From an uncultured bacterium (GTDB taxonomy: Bacteria > Krumholzibacteriota > Krumholzibacteriia > Krumholzibacteriales > Krumholzibacteriaceae): 64,000 nt of DNA. Below are positions 48,213 to 58,238 of this stretch, one piece after another. Below the pieces are notes generated by a model that ran no database searches, was not told the DNA's origin, and was given only the letters and a program-made list of their open reading frames with translations. The position numbers were made by a program, and so were the translations under genes. Every line of letters starts with the position of its first letter. Within the stretch, counting starts at the first letter, position 1. Where the stretch lies: positions 513,158-577,157 of the forward strand of contig CAWBAN010000001.1 of NCBI GenBank assembly GCA_963786935.1, given 5' to 3'.

Positions 48213-48540
48213 TTATCTCCAATTCGTTCTCGACCAGCTCGCGGGCTTGAACGGGGTGTCCGCTCGGAGGATGTTCGGCGGCGCCGGGCTCTATCGCGAG
48301 GGGATAATGTTCGGTCTCATCGCGGACGACAGGGCGTATCTGCGCGTCGATGATTCGAACCGCGCGTCTTTCGAGGATGCCGGATCCGAACCGTTCCATC
48401 CCTACGGCGCGAAAGCGACGATGCCGTACTACGAAGTTCCCGTCGACGTGCTCGAGGATTCGGGAGATCTCTGCGCATGGGCCCACAAAGCTCTCGCGGC
48501 GGCGGTGCGGGGACATCGGGCTTCACCGCGGCGGAAGTAG
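48196..48540 (+). CDS. TfoX N-terminal-domain-like protein
   Basis: RRMFGGAGLYREGIMFGLIADDRAYLRVDD follows the TfoX_N pattern. The start overlaps the reductase end by 17 nt. Confidence 0.55.
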   Translation: MPVSDDYLQFVLDQLAGLNGVSARRMFGGAGLYREGIMFGLIADDRAYLRVDDSNRASFEDAGSEPFHPYGAKATMPYYEVPVDVLEDSGDLCAWAHKALAAAVRGHRASPRRK

Positions 48541-48570
48541 CCGCGCCGTCGGCCGCGACCGCCGGGATCC

Positions 48571-50454
48571 TCAGGGCGAGCTCTCGAGCCGCTTGAGCAT
48601 TTCGGTGAGCTGCGGCTCTCCCGGGACTTCCACGAGCGCCTTCTTGACCCAGCTGATCGCTTCGTCGCGGTCGCCCTCCGCCATCGCCGCGCGCGCGAGC
48701 AGCCTGCACGCGAGCGCCCGTTCCATCGGCCGGTCGGCCGCGCTCGCCTCGCGGTAGAGCCGCTTCGCCTCCTCGCGGCGTCCGAGGCGGTCGAGCGCCA
48801 TGCCGTACTCCGCGGCGAGGAGCGGGAAGCGCGGGGAGCGCGCGTACGCCCGGGAGAACGCGTCGGCGGCTTCCTGCATCCGTCCCCGCTGCCGGAGGAT
48901 CCGCGCGTAGCTCACGATCGCCTCGACCTTGTCCGGATCGAGCCGGTACGCCTGCTCGAACTCCTCCTGCGCCCGCGCCTCGTCGCCGCGCTCCGCGTAG
49001 TGCTTTCCGAGAAACGAGTGTATCGCGGCGTCGCTCAGCGGCGCGAGCGGCCTGCCCGAGACGAGGAAGAAGAGCGCGACGGCGAGCGCCGCGGCGGCGC
49101 CGAGACGTTTCAGGCGCCTCAGCGAGAGCTCCCGCGCGCTCCAGACGATGAAATAGGCGGCGAGGAGGATGAGGAGCGGCGTCGCCGGGAGCCGGTAGCG
49201 CGCGATGACGAAGAACGCGACGACCGAAACGACCGCGCACGCGAGAAAGAGGGCCGTGGCGCTCCGGTTCCTCCCGCCGCGCATCATGACGATGAATCCG
49301 CATACGGCGAGCGGCGCGATCACCGAGAAGGGCAGGAAGAGAAACCTGAGGACGCCGCAGGTCTTCATGCAGAAGATGACGTTCGGAATGTCGGGGACGT
49401 CGACGTTGAAGTACAGCACCAGTTTCTTCCCGATCAGCGCGAGCCACTTCGCGGGGTGCCGCGCGATATGCTTGATCGTCTCGCGGAAGTAGTACTCGGA
49501 CACCTCCGCCTGCGTCATGGATCTCCCCGTCTCGGCCTCGGCTTTCGTGCGCGAGTCCTCCGCGATCGACGTCATGCCCGTGCGCACGTCGACGGGAGGC
49601 TGGAATGCGCCGCTCGCGCCCGGCCCGTTCCCGATGTAGAAGTTGAATCCTCCGTGGGCGGTCACGGGGACGAAGCGGCCGGTCGCCCTCGCGTTGTAGA
49701 CGATCGGGGGGGCGAGGAACAGCGCGGCGCCGGCGACGAGCGCGCCGGCGGGGAGCAGCCATCGGCGGCCGCTCCGGCGCCTCGCGAAAAGCCATACCGG
49801 AAGTGCGGCGATCAGGAGGAGGAAGAGATTGGGTCTTCCGAGCGCGCCGGTCCCGACGAGGGCGCCGAGAACGAGCCCCGAGACCCCGGGGGGCACCCGG
49901 CGGCTCCCGAGCATCACGGGGCGCTCTCCCCGCAGGTCGCCGTCGAGCGCGAGCGCGAGCGCGAACGAGGCCGTGAACAGGAATATCTCGAGCGTCGAAG
50001 CGAGCAGCATGCCCTCGTACAGGACGAACGGCATGTAGAGGACGGCGAGCGCCGCGGCAACGAGCCCCACGGCCTCTCCGTGCCGTTTCCCCTTCCACGC
50101 GCCGGGGGCGAACCGGCGCCCGAGGAGATAGACGAGCGCGACGGTGAAGAGCCCGATCGCGGCCTGAACGAGACGCGCGGGGAGAAGCCCTGCGCCGAAG
50201 AGCTTGAAGAGCACGACGAGAAACGCCGGGTAGAGCGGATTGAAGGTCAAGGCGCCCGCCGGCGGCGCGCCCCCGCCCGCGATGTCGCGGGCAACGTCGA
50301 AATAGAGCTGCGAATCGAGCGAGAGGGAGCCGCCGAGCTCGTTCCGCCCGAGCTGCACGAGGAAGATCGCCCGCGTGACGGCCGCCACGACAAGAATCGC
50401 GGCGAGAATCGCCGCCGCCGGGACCGCCCCTTTCCGCTGATTCTTTCTGTTCAT
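48571..50454 (-). CDS. GT-C membrane glycosyltransferase (ArnT/PMT-like, GT39/83) with C-terminal TPR repeats
   Basis: An N-terminal region of about 11 TM segments has an ArnT-like loop. The C-terminal 170 aa are TPR units (AERGDEARAQEEFEQAYRLDP...). GGAGG RBS. Confidence 0.7.
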   Translation of the reverse strand: MNRKNQRKGAVPAAAILAAILVVAAVTRAIFLVQLGRNELGGSLSLDSQLYFDVARDIAGGGAPPAGALTFNPLYPAFLVVLFKLFGAGLLPARLVQAAIGLFTVALVYLLGRRFAPGAWKGKRHGEAVGLVAAALAVLYMPFVLYEGMLLASTLEIFLFTASFALALALDGDLRGERPVMLGSRRVPPGVSGLVLGALVGTGALGRPNLFLLLIAALPVWLFARRRSGRRWLLPAGALVAGAALFLAPPIVYNARATGRFVPVTAHGGFNFYIGNGPGASGAFQPPVDVRTGMTSIAEDSRTKAEAETGRSMTQAEVSEYYFRETIKHIARHPAKWLALIGKKLVLYFNVDVPDIPNVIFCMKTCGVLRFLFLPFSVIAPLAVCGFIVMMRGGRNRSATALFLACAVVSVVAFFVIARYRLPATPLLILLAAYFIVWSARELSLRRLKRLGAAAALAVALFFLVSGRPLAPLSDAAIHSFLGKHYAERGDEARAQEEFEQAYRLDPDKVEAIVSYARILRQRGRMQEAADAFSRAYARSPRFPLLAAEYGMALDRLGRREEAKRLYREASAADRPMERALACRLLARAAMAEGDRDEAISWVKKALVEVPGEPQLTEMLKRLESSP

Positions 50455-50468
50455 ACGCCTCCGGCGAC

Positions 50469-50476
50469 ATTATAAT
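50469..50476. promoter_or_regulatory. Palindromic ATTATAAT -10-like element in divergent intergenic region
   Basis: A perfect TATAAT reads on both strands, which is rare in this GC-rich sequence. It lies between divergent genes at 50454 (-) and 50555 (+). Confidence 0.3.
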
Positions 50477-50554
50477 GCAGGGAGGGTTCCGTACCGCAAG
50501 CATTACTCGATTCCGGCCGTCGCCTTCCGCGCCGGCCGCGCGATTCGGGGGGGC

Positions 50555-51952
50555 ATGGTCGCCACATCGGGCCCGATCGATTCGTTCGCCTCGCGGCTGC
50601 GCTACCGCGCCGGCTACGAGGAGCGGTGCGTCCGCACGCTCGAGACGGCGATCGGCTCGACGCGGGCGTACGGGGCGTGGCGCGCGCTCGATCCGGGGCC
50701 GCCGGCCGGGGTTTTCGCGCGCCTCGCCGCGCTCCCCGCGCTGACGAAGGAGGATCTTCGCGCCCACGGCCCCGCGGGATTCGTCCCCGGCGGCCGCGAT
50801 CTCGAGGCGGCGCTCGCCGCCGGCGAGGTCGAGCTCGTCAAAACGAGCGGCTCGACGGGGGATCGGGTCGTCAACGCGTGGCATCAGCCGTGGTGGGACG
50901 CCTCGGAAGCCGCCTCGTGGCGTCTCAACGCCCGCGTGCGCGACGCGGCCGTCGGGGAGCATCCCGAGGCGATCCTCACGAGCCCCTGGTGCACCGGCGT
51001 CCCCTGCGAGGACGAGTACCTCGCGATGCACCAGCGCACGCTCGGGAGGTTCCTCTACCTCAGCGAGCGCTCCGATCCGAGCGCGTGGGACGAGTCGCTC
51101 ATGGATCGCATGATCGTCGAGCTCAACGAGTTCAAGCCGGTCGTCATCGAGGCAAATCCGTCCTTCCTCGCGCGGCTCTCGCGCCATATCGTGAAGCGGG
51201 GGCTCCGCGCGCACGCCCCGGCGACCATCATCCTCACCTACGAGAATCCGTCGATCCTCCATCATCGCCAGATCCGCGCGGCGTTCGACGCGCCGGTCGC
51301 CAGCTCGTACGGATCGACCGAGACCGCGTACGTGTTCATGGAATGCGAAGCGGGCCGCATGCATCAGGTCGCGGAGAGCTGCCATGTCGATTTCCTGCCG
51401 TTCGCGCCGGAGCACGGCGGACCGGACATCGGACGCATCCTCGTCACGACCTTCGAGAATCCCTGGCGCGCGCTCCTCCGCTTCGACGTCGGCGACGTCG
51501 TCCGGCTCGACGGACGCGGGCCGTGCCCGTGCGGCCGCGACGAGGGGCTCACCCTCGCCTCGATCGAGGGGCGCACGATCGGCATCACGCTGACGCCGGA
51601 AGGGGGAGCGGTGACGCAGGGCGCCGTCGACCGGACCCTCGGCGCCGTGGAGGGGCTCGTCGAGTACCAGCTCGCGCAGACCGGGCCCGAGGCGTTTCTC
51701 CTGCGTTTCGTGAGCGATGAAGCGGCGCCGGCCGGCGTCGGACGCGCGGCCCGGGAAGCGCTCGCCGCGCTGTACGGCGGCCGCGCGGTCATCACGCCGG
51801 AGCGGGTCGACGCGATTCGGCCCGATCCGCCGGGAAAATACAAGCTCGCCAAACGGCACGAGCCGCTCGACCACGACGCGCTGCTCGACGAACGGTTCGC
51901 CCCGCGGCGCGTCGGGGGAACGTCCGGATCCAGCGAGGAGGCACGCTCATGA
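50555..51952 (+). CDS. Adenylate-forming enzyme of the phenylacetate-CoA ligase / CapK / coenzyme-F390-synthetase family
   Basis: The AMP-binding core is VKTSGSTGDRVVNAW and the later SSYGSTETAYVFMECEAGRMH. The size and layout match PaaK-like ligases found in capsule loci. Confidence 0.75.
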   Translation: MVATSGPIDSFASRLRYRAGYEERCVRTLETAIGSTRAYGAWRALDPGPPAGVFARLAALPALTKEDLRAHGPAGFVPGGRDLEAALAAGEVELVKTSGSTGDRVVNAWHQPWWDASEAASWRLNARVRDAAVGEHPEAILTSPWCTGVPCEDEYLAMHQRTLGRFLYLSERSDPSAWDESLMDRMIVELNEFKPVVIEANPSFLARLSRHIVKRGLRAHAPATIILTYENPSILHHRQIRAAFDAPVASSYGSTETAYVFMECEAGRMHQVAESCHVDFLPFAPEHGGPDIGRILVTTFENPWRALLRFDVGDVVRLDGRGPCPCGRDEGLTLASIEGRTIGITLTPEGGAVTQGAVDRTLGAVEGLVEYQLAQTGPEAFLLRFVSDEAAPAGVGRAAREALAALYGGRAVITPERVDAIRPDPPGKYKLAKRHEPLDHDALLDERFAPRRVGGTSGSSEEARS

Positions 51953-52665
51953 GCACCGGGGGAGTTCCCGCTCCCATATATCTGATCGCAGGGGATCCCG
52001 GCTCGCGCCGGGCGATGAAGGATCCTCTCATCTGTCGGGCGCTCGCGAGCTGCCGGGTCGCCGATCCCTCGATCGCCTATATCGGCGCGGCGAGCGGAGA
52101 CGACAAATCGTTTTTCACGATGCTCGCGCGGCTCATGGTCGCCTGCGGGGCGGGGGCGGTCGAGCTCGCGCCGCTCGCCGGCCGGCGCGTCAAGCTCGAG
52201 CGGACGCGCTCGATCCTCGAGCGGGCCGATATGGTATTCATCAGCGGCGGCGACGTGGAGGAGGGCATGAGCGTGATCGGGGAGCGCGGGATGCTGCCCG
52301 CGCTCGCCGAGCTGTACCGGGGCGGAAAACCATTCTTCGGGCTCTCGGCGGGAAGCATCATGCTCGCGCGCCAATGGATCGTCTGGGAGGACCCTTCCGA
52401 CGACTCGACGGCGAGCGCGATCCCGTGCCTCGGATTCGCGCCGGTCCTCTGCGACACGCACGCCGAGGAGGACGATTGGGAGGAGCTCCGCGCCCTGCTC
52501 CTGATCTCTCCCGAGGGAACCGCCGGATACGGCATACCGGCGGGGGGCGGGCTCCTCGTCCGTCCCGGCGGGGAGATCGAGGCGCTCGGCAAGCCGGCGA
52601 GCCGCTTCGCGAAGCTCGACCGTATGGTGAAACGCCGTCCGGACCTCGGGCCCGATGAACGATGA
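51949..52665 (+). CDS. Peptidase S51 family (dipeptidase E / cyanophycinase-like, class I GATase-like fold)
   Basis: IAYIGAASGDD, FISGGDVEEGMSV and the nucleophile motif FFGLSAGSIMLA are present. ATGA overlap with the ligase gene. Confidence 0.75.
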   Translation: MSTGGVPAPIYLIAGDPGSRRAMKDPLICRALASCRVADPSIAYIGAASGDDKSFFTMLARLMVACGAGAVELAPLAGRRVKLERTRSILERADMVFISGGDVEEGMSVIGERGMLPALAELYRGGKPFFGLSAGSIMLARQWIVWEDPSDDSTASAIPCLGFAPVLCDTHAEEDDWEELRALLLISPEGTAGYGIPAGGGLLVRPGGEIEALGKPASRFAKLDRMVKRRPDLGPDER

Positions 52666-52747
52666 ATTTCGCGAATCGCCCGCAAAACTCTTTCCGGGGC
52701 GCATTCCGCCGGGGTATAATCCGGCGGGCGTCTTCAGGGGAGGTCTC

Positions 52748-54106
52748 ATGGGAGCGATCGTTCGGGGGCCGCGTCGATGCGCGGTCTTGTTTGCGATGAT
52801 GATGACGCTCTGGTTCCTCGTTCCGCGCGGCGGGGCCGCGGCGGGGCTCGGGGGGACGGAGCCGGGAGCGAAGGCGGATGCGGCCATGGATGGAATCGCG
52901 GAGAAATTCGTGAGGCTCGCCCTCGCCGTCGGCGAGCACGATCCGGTCTACGTCGACGCCTATTTCGGGCCCGCGGCGTGGCGGGAGCAGGCGAAGGCGG
53001 AGAAGATCGCGCTCGCGGAGATCAGGACCGCCGCGGCTCCGCTCATCGCGGAGCTCGAACGGATGGACGCGAGCGGCATGGATGAGCCGCTCCGCCTGCG
53101 GCGCGAGTTTCTCGTGAAGCAGCTCGAGTCGCTCGTGGGACGCGTGATCGTGCTCGAGGGCACGAAGCTCTCCTTCGACGAGGAATCGATGGCGCTTTTC
53201 GACGCCGTCGCCCCGATCGCCGACGAACGGCGTTTCGAAGCGGCGCTCGCCCGGATCGACTCGCTCCTCCCTCCCGGCGAGGGGACGCTCGTCGACCGGC
53301 TCGAGCGATTCAAGAAAGAGCTCGTCATACCGGCGGACCGGCTCGACGCCGTGTTCGTCGCGGCGATCGCCGAGGCCCGCCGGCGAACGAGGGAGCACAT
53401 TCCCCTCCCCGATGACGAATCGTTCACCGTCGAGTACGTGAAGGGCGCGCCGTGGAGCGCGTACAACTGGTATCAGGGCGGGAACCGCAGCGTGATCCAG
53501 ATCAACACCGATTTCCCGACCTACATCGACGCGCCGCTGGGTCTCGCCTGCCACGAGGGGTATCCGGGTCATCACGTGCAGAACGTCCTGTTCGAGCAGG
53601 GGCTCGTGGAGGACCGCGGGTGGATCGAGTTCGCCGTCTCCCCGCTCTTCAGCCCGATCTCTCCGATCAACGAAGGCAGCGCGAATTTCGGAATCGAGAC
53701 CGCGTTTCCCGGCGATTCGCGGCGCGTGTTCGAGCGCGACGTGCTGTTTCCGCTCGCCGGCGTCGACACGGCCGCGGCGGACGCCTACTTCGAGATTCGG
53801 AAGCTGATGCGGGAGCTGGACAGCGCGGACAACGAGGCCGCGCGCCGGTATCTCGACGGGAAGATCAACGCGGAAGAGGCCGCGCAGTATCTATCGACCT
53901 ACGCGCTCATGTCCCCCGAGCGGGCCCGGAGACTCGTGACGTTCTTCGACCGGTACCGGAGCTACATCATCACCTACAACGTCGGCTACGATCTCGTGAA
54001 GAGCTACATAGAAAAGCGCGGGGGCACGGCGGATCGTCCGGAGAAGCGGTGGGAAGAATACCGGGCGCTCATTTCCCTCCCACGCGTTCCGTCGCAGCTG
54101 CACTAA
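52748..54106 (+). CDS. DUF885-family putative metallopeptidase (HExxPGHH motif), secreted
   Basis: A signal-peptide-like MMMTLWFLVPRGGAAAG is present, along with the conserved ACHEGYPGHHVQ. The start is ambiguous: 52748 or the ATGs near 52793. Confidence 0.6.
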   Translation: MGAIVRGPRRCAVLFAMMMTLWFLVPRGGAAAGLGGTEPGAKADAAMDGIAEKFVRLALAVGEHDPVYVDAYFGPAAWREQAKAEKIALAEIRTAAAPLIAELERMDASGMDEPLRLRREFLVKQLESLVGRVIVLEGTKLSFDEESMALFDAVAPIADERRFEAALARIDSLLPPGEGTLVDRLERFKKELVIPADRLDAVFVAAIAEARRRTREHIPLPDDESFTVEYVKGAPWSAYNWYQGGNRSVIQINTDFPTYIDAPLGLACHEGYPGHHVQNVLFEQGLVEDRGWIEFAVSPLFSPISPINEGSANFGIETAFPGDSRRVFERDVLFPLAGVDTAAADAYFEIRKLMRELDSADNEAARRYLDGKINAEEAAQYLSTYALMSPERARRLVTFFDRYRSYIITYNVGYDLVKSYIEKRGGTADRPEKRWEEYRALISLPRVPSQLH

Positions 54107-54119
54107 GGAGGCCTCGTTC

Positions 54120-55082
54120 ATGATCAAGGAAATCGCCGCCCGGAATCTCGATCCCGAGCGGTTCGTCGCGGAGAAGATCGAGGAGATCCGGTCGACGGTC
54201 TCGGACGGGACCGCGATCAACGCCCTGTCGGGCGGGGTCGATTCCTCGACGGTCACGATGCTCGGGCACCGCGCCCTCGGGAAGAAGCTCAGGACGGTGT
54301 TTGTGGAGAACGGCCTCATGCGGGAGGGGGAGCCGGAACGGGTCCGCGGACTCTTCGAGAAGCTCGGCGTCGCCGTCGAGATCGTCGACGCGCGCGCGGA
54401 GTTCTTCGGGGCCCTCAAGGGGATCACGGATCCCGAGGAGAAACGCGAAGCGATCACGCAGACGTTCTACAAGAAGGTGTTCGGGCGCCTCGTGCGCGAG
54501 AGCGGCGCGAAACACCTGCTCCAGGGCACGATCCTCACCGACGTCGACGAAACCGTCGCCGGCATCAAGCGCCAGCACAACGTATTCGAGCAGCTCGGCA
54601 TCGATCCCCAGGAGGCGTTCGGCTACCGGATCATCGAGCCGCTCATCCAGCTCCGCAAGGACGGCGTGCGGATCGTCGGCAAGACGCTGGGCCTCCCGTC
54701 CGAGCTGTTCCAGCGCATTCCGTTCCCCGGGCCGGCGCTCTCGGCGCGTGTGCTCGGGGAGGTGACCCCCGAACGGGTCGAAACGGTGCGGAAGGCCACC
54801 GTGATCGTCGAGCGGCTGCTCTCGGGCACGAAGGCGTTCCAGTACCTGGCGATCCTCCACGAGGACCGCGTGACCGGCATGCGCGGGGGGAAGCGCGATT
54901 TCGGCATGCAGATCGAAATTCGTTGCTGGGATAGCCTCGACGCACGGATCGCGACGCCGACGAGGCTCCCGTTCGAAACGCTCGACACCCTCGCCGACGA
55001 GATCATCAAGAAGGTGCCGGGCGTCGTGAGCGTCACGTACAACATCGCGACGAAGCCGCCGTCGACGATCGAGGCGGTTTGA
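54120..55082 (+). CDS. GMP synthase PP-loop ATP-pyrophosphatase subunit (GuaA C-terminal half / subunit B-type), stand-alone
   Basis: The PP-loop SGGVDSS, QGTILTDVDET and the C-terminal GMP_synt_C dimerisation pattern (IIEPLIQLRKDGVRIVGKTLGLPSELFQRIPFPGPALSARVLGEVT) are present. No glutamine amidotransferase domain is encoded in-frame or adjacent. Confidence 0.8.
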   Translation: MIKEIAARNLDPERFVAEKIEEIRSTVSDGTAINALSGGVDSSTVTMLGHRALGKKLRTVFVENGLMREGEPERVRGLFEKLGVAVEIVDARAEFFGALKGITDPEEKREAITQTFYKKVFGRLVRESGAKHLLQGTILTDVDETVAGIKRQHNVFEQLGIDPQEAFGYRIIEPLIQLRKDGVRIVGKTLGLPSELFQRIPFPGPALSARVLGEVTPERVETVRKATVIVERLLSGTKAFQYLAILHEDRVTGMRGGKRDFGMQIEIRCWDSLDARIATPTRLPFETLDTLADEIIKKVPGVVSVTYNIATKPPSTIEAV

Positions 55083-55116
55083 TCGCGCGGCGGTTCGACG
55101 AGAGGAGGCGGTGCCG

Positions 55117-55440
55117 ATGGCATTCACCCATCATGAACTGAAGGAGAAGACGCTGGCCGAGCTGAAGGAGATCGCCGCGGGCCTGCAGGACGAAGCGGTC
55201 AAGGGATACAGCCAGATGAACAAAGAGCATCTGGTGAAGCAGCTCTGCATGGCGCTCAAGATCGACATCCACGAGCATCACACGGCGAAGATACCGGAAA
55301 AGACCGGCATCAAGGCCGAGATCAAGGCGCTGAAGCGGGAGCGGGACAAGCTCATGGGCTCCCACGATCACGAGCGGCTCGGCGCGATTCGCGTGAAGAT
55401 CGCACGCCTGAAGCACCGGCTGAGAAAAGCGGCCGTTTGA
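55117..55440 (+). CDS. Hypothetical small protein with Rho-N/SAP-like N-terminal motif
   Basis: LKEKTLAELKEIAAGL resembles Rho_N/SAP helix-hairpin motifs. The rest is Lys/His-rich. Confidence 0.4.
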   Translation: MAFTHHELKEKTLAELKEIAAGLQDEAVKGYSQMNKEHLVKQLCMALKIDIHEHHTAKIPEKTGIKAEIKALKRERDKLMGSHDHERLGAIRVKIARLKHRLRKAAV

Positions 55441-55517
55441 TTGCGGATTGACCGTTTCTTTTCAATGTGTTAGCTTGTTGTGTCTTTTTTGCGGCATTCT
55501 GCTGAAAAGGAGCGGTC

Positions 55518-58238
55518 TTGCCCGAGCTGGAAAAAGTATACAATCCCGTCGACGTCGAACGGAAATGGACGGCCGTCTGGCGCGAACGCCGGGCGTTCAC
55601 TCCGGACGCGAAGTCGCCGGAGCCGCCGTTCACCATCGTTCTCCCGCCCCCCAACATCACCGGTTCGCTCACGGTCGGGCACGCCCTCGGCACGACCGTG
55701 CAGGACCTCCTCTGCCGCTGGAAGCGGATGAAGGGATTCAACGTCCTGTGGCTCGCCGGGATGGACCACGCCGGCATCGCGACGCAGAAGGTCGTCGAGC
55801 GCGCGCTCCTCGAACGGGGCGTGACGAAGGACGCCCTCGGCCGCGAGAAGTTCCTCGATGAGTGCTGGGCGTGGAAGGAGAAATACCACGACAAGATCGT
55901 CGAGCAGCTCGGGGCGCTCGGCGCCTCGCTCGACTGGTCGCGCGAGACGTTCACGCTCGATCCGGGGGTCTCGCGGGCGGTCCGCGAGGTGTTCGTGCGG
56001 CTGTATCGCAAGGGGCTCATCTACCGCGACCGCTACATCGTCAACTGGTGCCCCGCGTGCGGCACGGCAATCTCGGATGAAGAGGTCGATTTCGTCGAGA
56101 CGCACGGGAAGCTCTACTACATCGCCTATCCCTTCGCCGGCGGCGGGGGAGAGCTCGTCGTCGGCACGACGCGCCCCGAGACGATGCTCGGGGACGTCGC
56201 CGTCGCGATGAATCCCGCGGACAAGCGCGCCGAGGCGCTGCGGGGGAAGATGCTCGAGCTCCCGCTCACGGAGCGCGCGATCCCGGTCATCTTCGACGAG
56301 GCGGTGGATCCCGCCTTCGGCACCGGCTGCCTGAAGGTGACCCCGGCCCACGACGCCACCGATTTTCTCATCGGCCTCAGGCACCGGCTCGATCCGGTCG
56401 TCGTCATCGACCGCGCGGGACGGATGACCGCCGAGGCGGGACGCTTCGCGGGGCTCGACCGGCGCGAGGCGCGCGCGCAGGTGCTCTCGGCGCTGGAGGA
56501 GCGGGGCCTCCTTCGGAAGATAGACGACTACGATCACGCGATCGGGCACCACGACCGCTGCGGGACCGCGATCGAGCCGTACATCTCGCGGCAATGGTTT
56601 CTCCGGATGCGGACGCTCGCCGCGCCCGGCATCGAGGCGGCGAAGCGCGGAGCGGTGACCTTCACGCCGGACCGGTGGGGGAACATCTACCTTTCGTGGA
56701 TGGAGAATATCAGGGACTGGTGCATCTCTCGGCAGCTCTGGTGGGGGCACCGGATCCCCGTCTGGTACTGCGTCGGCTGCGACGAGACGATCGTCGCCGT
56801 GGAAACGCCGGCGGTTTGCCCGAAGTGCGGCGGCACCGCGCTCGCGCAGGACGAGGACGTTCTCGACACGTGGTTCTCGTCATGGCTCTGGACGTTTTCG
56901 CCGATGGGCTGGCCCGACAAAACGGCCGACCTCGAGACCTTCCATCCGACGAGCGTGCTCGTCACGGGAGGGGACATCATCTTCTTCTGGGTCGCGCGAA
57001 TGATCATGGCGTCGCTCGAGTTCATGGGCGAGATCCCCTTCTCGACGGTCTATATCACCGGCATCGTCCGGGACACGAGGGGGCGCAAGATGAGCAAGTC
57101 GCTCGGCAACTCCCCCGATCCGATCGATATCATCGGCCGCTCGGGCGCCGACGCCTTCAGGTTCACCCTCATGATGCTCTCGCCGCCGGGGCAGGATATC
57201 ATGTTCGACGAATCGAAGGTCGACGTGGGCAAGCATTTCGCGAACAAGGTATGGAACGCCGCGCGGTTCGTTCTCGGCCGGGAGGCCGGCGCCGATCGCG
57301 AGGGGGCGGACGCCCCCGGCGCGGGCGCGTCCCGCGCGGGAAGCGCCGAGACGCCGGCCGCGCTCCACGAGGCGGTTTTCGGCGCCGCGGCGGACGCGGA
57401 CGCCGCGTACGGCTGGGAGGATCGCTGGATCGTGAGCCGGCTCGCGAAACGTGCCGCCGAGCTCGATGGGCATATCGACGCGTACCGGTTCGACGAGGCC
57501 TCCCGCACCCTCTACGATTTCTTCTGGCACGAGTACTGCGACTGGTATCTCGAGCTCTCCAAGGCCGCCGTCCGTCAGGGCGGGGCGCGGGCGCGGGGCG
57601 CCGCCGTCGCGGCCCGGTCCGTCCTCGGAGCGTCGATGATCCTCCTCCATCCGATGATGCCGTTCGTCACGGAGGAGATATGGAGCTTGCTGGCGCCGGG
57701 GAGCGGCATGCTCGCGGGGCATCGATTCCCCGGCGCTCCGGCGCGCTCGCTCGACGAGGGGCTCGAGGCGGACGTCGATTTCTTCAGGGAGATCGTGGCT
57801 GCGATCAGGAATCTCCGCCAGAGCTTCAACATCCCGCCGGGGAAGCCGGTGAGCGTCGTCCTCAACTGCGAGAAGGGGCGCGGCATCCCGGCGCGCCTCG
57901 AGCGGTTCCGCGAGCAGATCGGGCTTCTCGCGAAGGCGGGCGATCTCACGATCGCCGACGGCGCGGCGCGGCCGCCCGGATCGGTCGCCGCGGGGCTCTC
58001 CGCGATCGAGATCTACCTGCCTCTGGCGGGGGTCGTGGACATCGAAGCGGAGAAAAAAAGGCTCGGCAAGGATCTCGAGAAGGTCACGCGCGAGTGCGAA
58101 AAGGTCGAGGGGCGTCTCAAAGACGGGCGTTTCACGGAAAAAGCGCCGCCGGACGTTGTCGAACAGGAGAGAAACCGCTACAATGAGATGTCGGACCGGA
58201 AGCGGCGCATAGCCCGAATCCTGGAGGACCTGGGGTGA
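55518..58238 (+). CDS. valS: Valine--tRNA ligase
   Basis: TTG start with an AAGGAG RBS. HIGH is present as [19 protein letters not shown] as KMSKSLGN, and the C-terminal coiled coil is present. It is full length at 906 aa. The anticodon-binding region carries an Ala/Gly/Asp-rich insert. Confidence 0.97.
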   Translation: MPELEKVYNPVDVERKWTAVWRERRAFTPDAKSPEPPFTIVLPPPNITGSLTVGHALGTTVQDLLCRWKRMKGFNVLWLAGMDHAGIATQKVVERALLERGVTKDALGREKFLDECWAWKEKYHDKIVEQLGALGASLDWSRETFTLDPGVSRAVREVFVRLYRKGLIYRDRYIVNWCPACGTAISDEEVDFVETHGKLYYIAYPFAGGGGELVVGTTRPETMLGDVAVAMNPADKRAEALRGKMLELPLTERAIPVIFDEAVDPAFGTGCLKVTPAHDATDFLIGLRHRLDPVVVIDRAGRMTAEAGRFAGLDRREARAQVLSALEERGLLRKIDDYDHAIGHHDRCGTAIEPYISRQWFLRMRTLAAPGIEAAKRGAVTFTPDRWGNIYLSWMENIRDWCISRQLWWGHRIPVWYCVGCDETIVAVETPAVCPKCGGTALAQDEDVLDTWFSSWLWTFSPMGWPDKTADLETFHPTSVLVTGGDIIFFWVARMIMASLEFMGEIPFSTVYITGIVRDTRGRKMSKSLGNSPDPIDIIGRSGADAFRFTLMMLSPPGQDIMFDESKVDVGKHFANKVWNAARFVLGREAGADREGADAPGAGASRAGSAETPAALHEAVFGAAADADAAYGWEDRWIVSRLAKRAAELDGHIDAYRFDEASRTLYDFFWHEYCDWYLELSKAAVRQGGARARGAAVAARSVLGASMILLHPMMPFVTEEIWSLLAPGSGMLAGHRFPGAPARSLDEGLEADVDFFREIVAAIRNLRQSFNIPPGKPVSVVLNCEKGRGIPARLERFREQIGLLAKAGDLTIADGAARPPGSVAAGLSAIEIYLPLAGVVDIEAEKKRLGKDLEKVTRECEKVEGRLKDGRFTEKAPPDVVEQERNRYNEMSDRKRRIARILEDLG

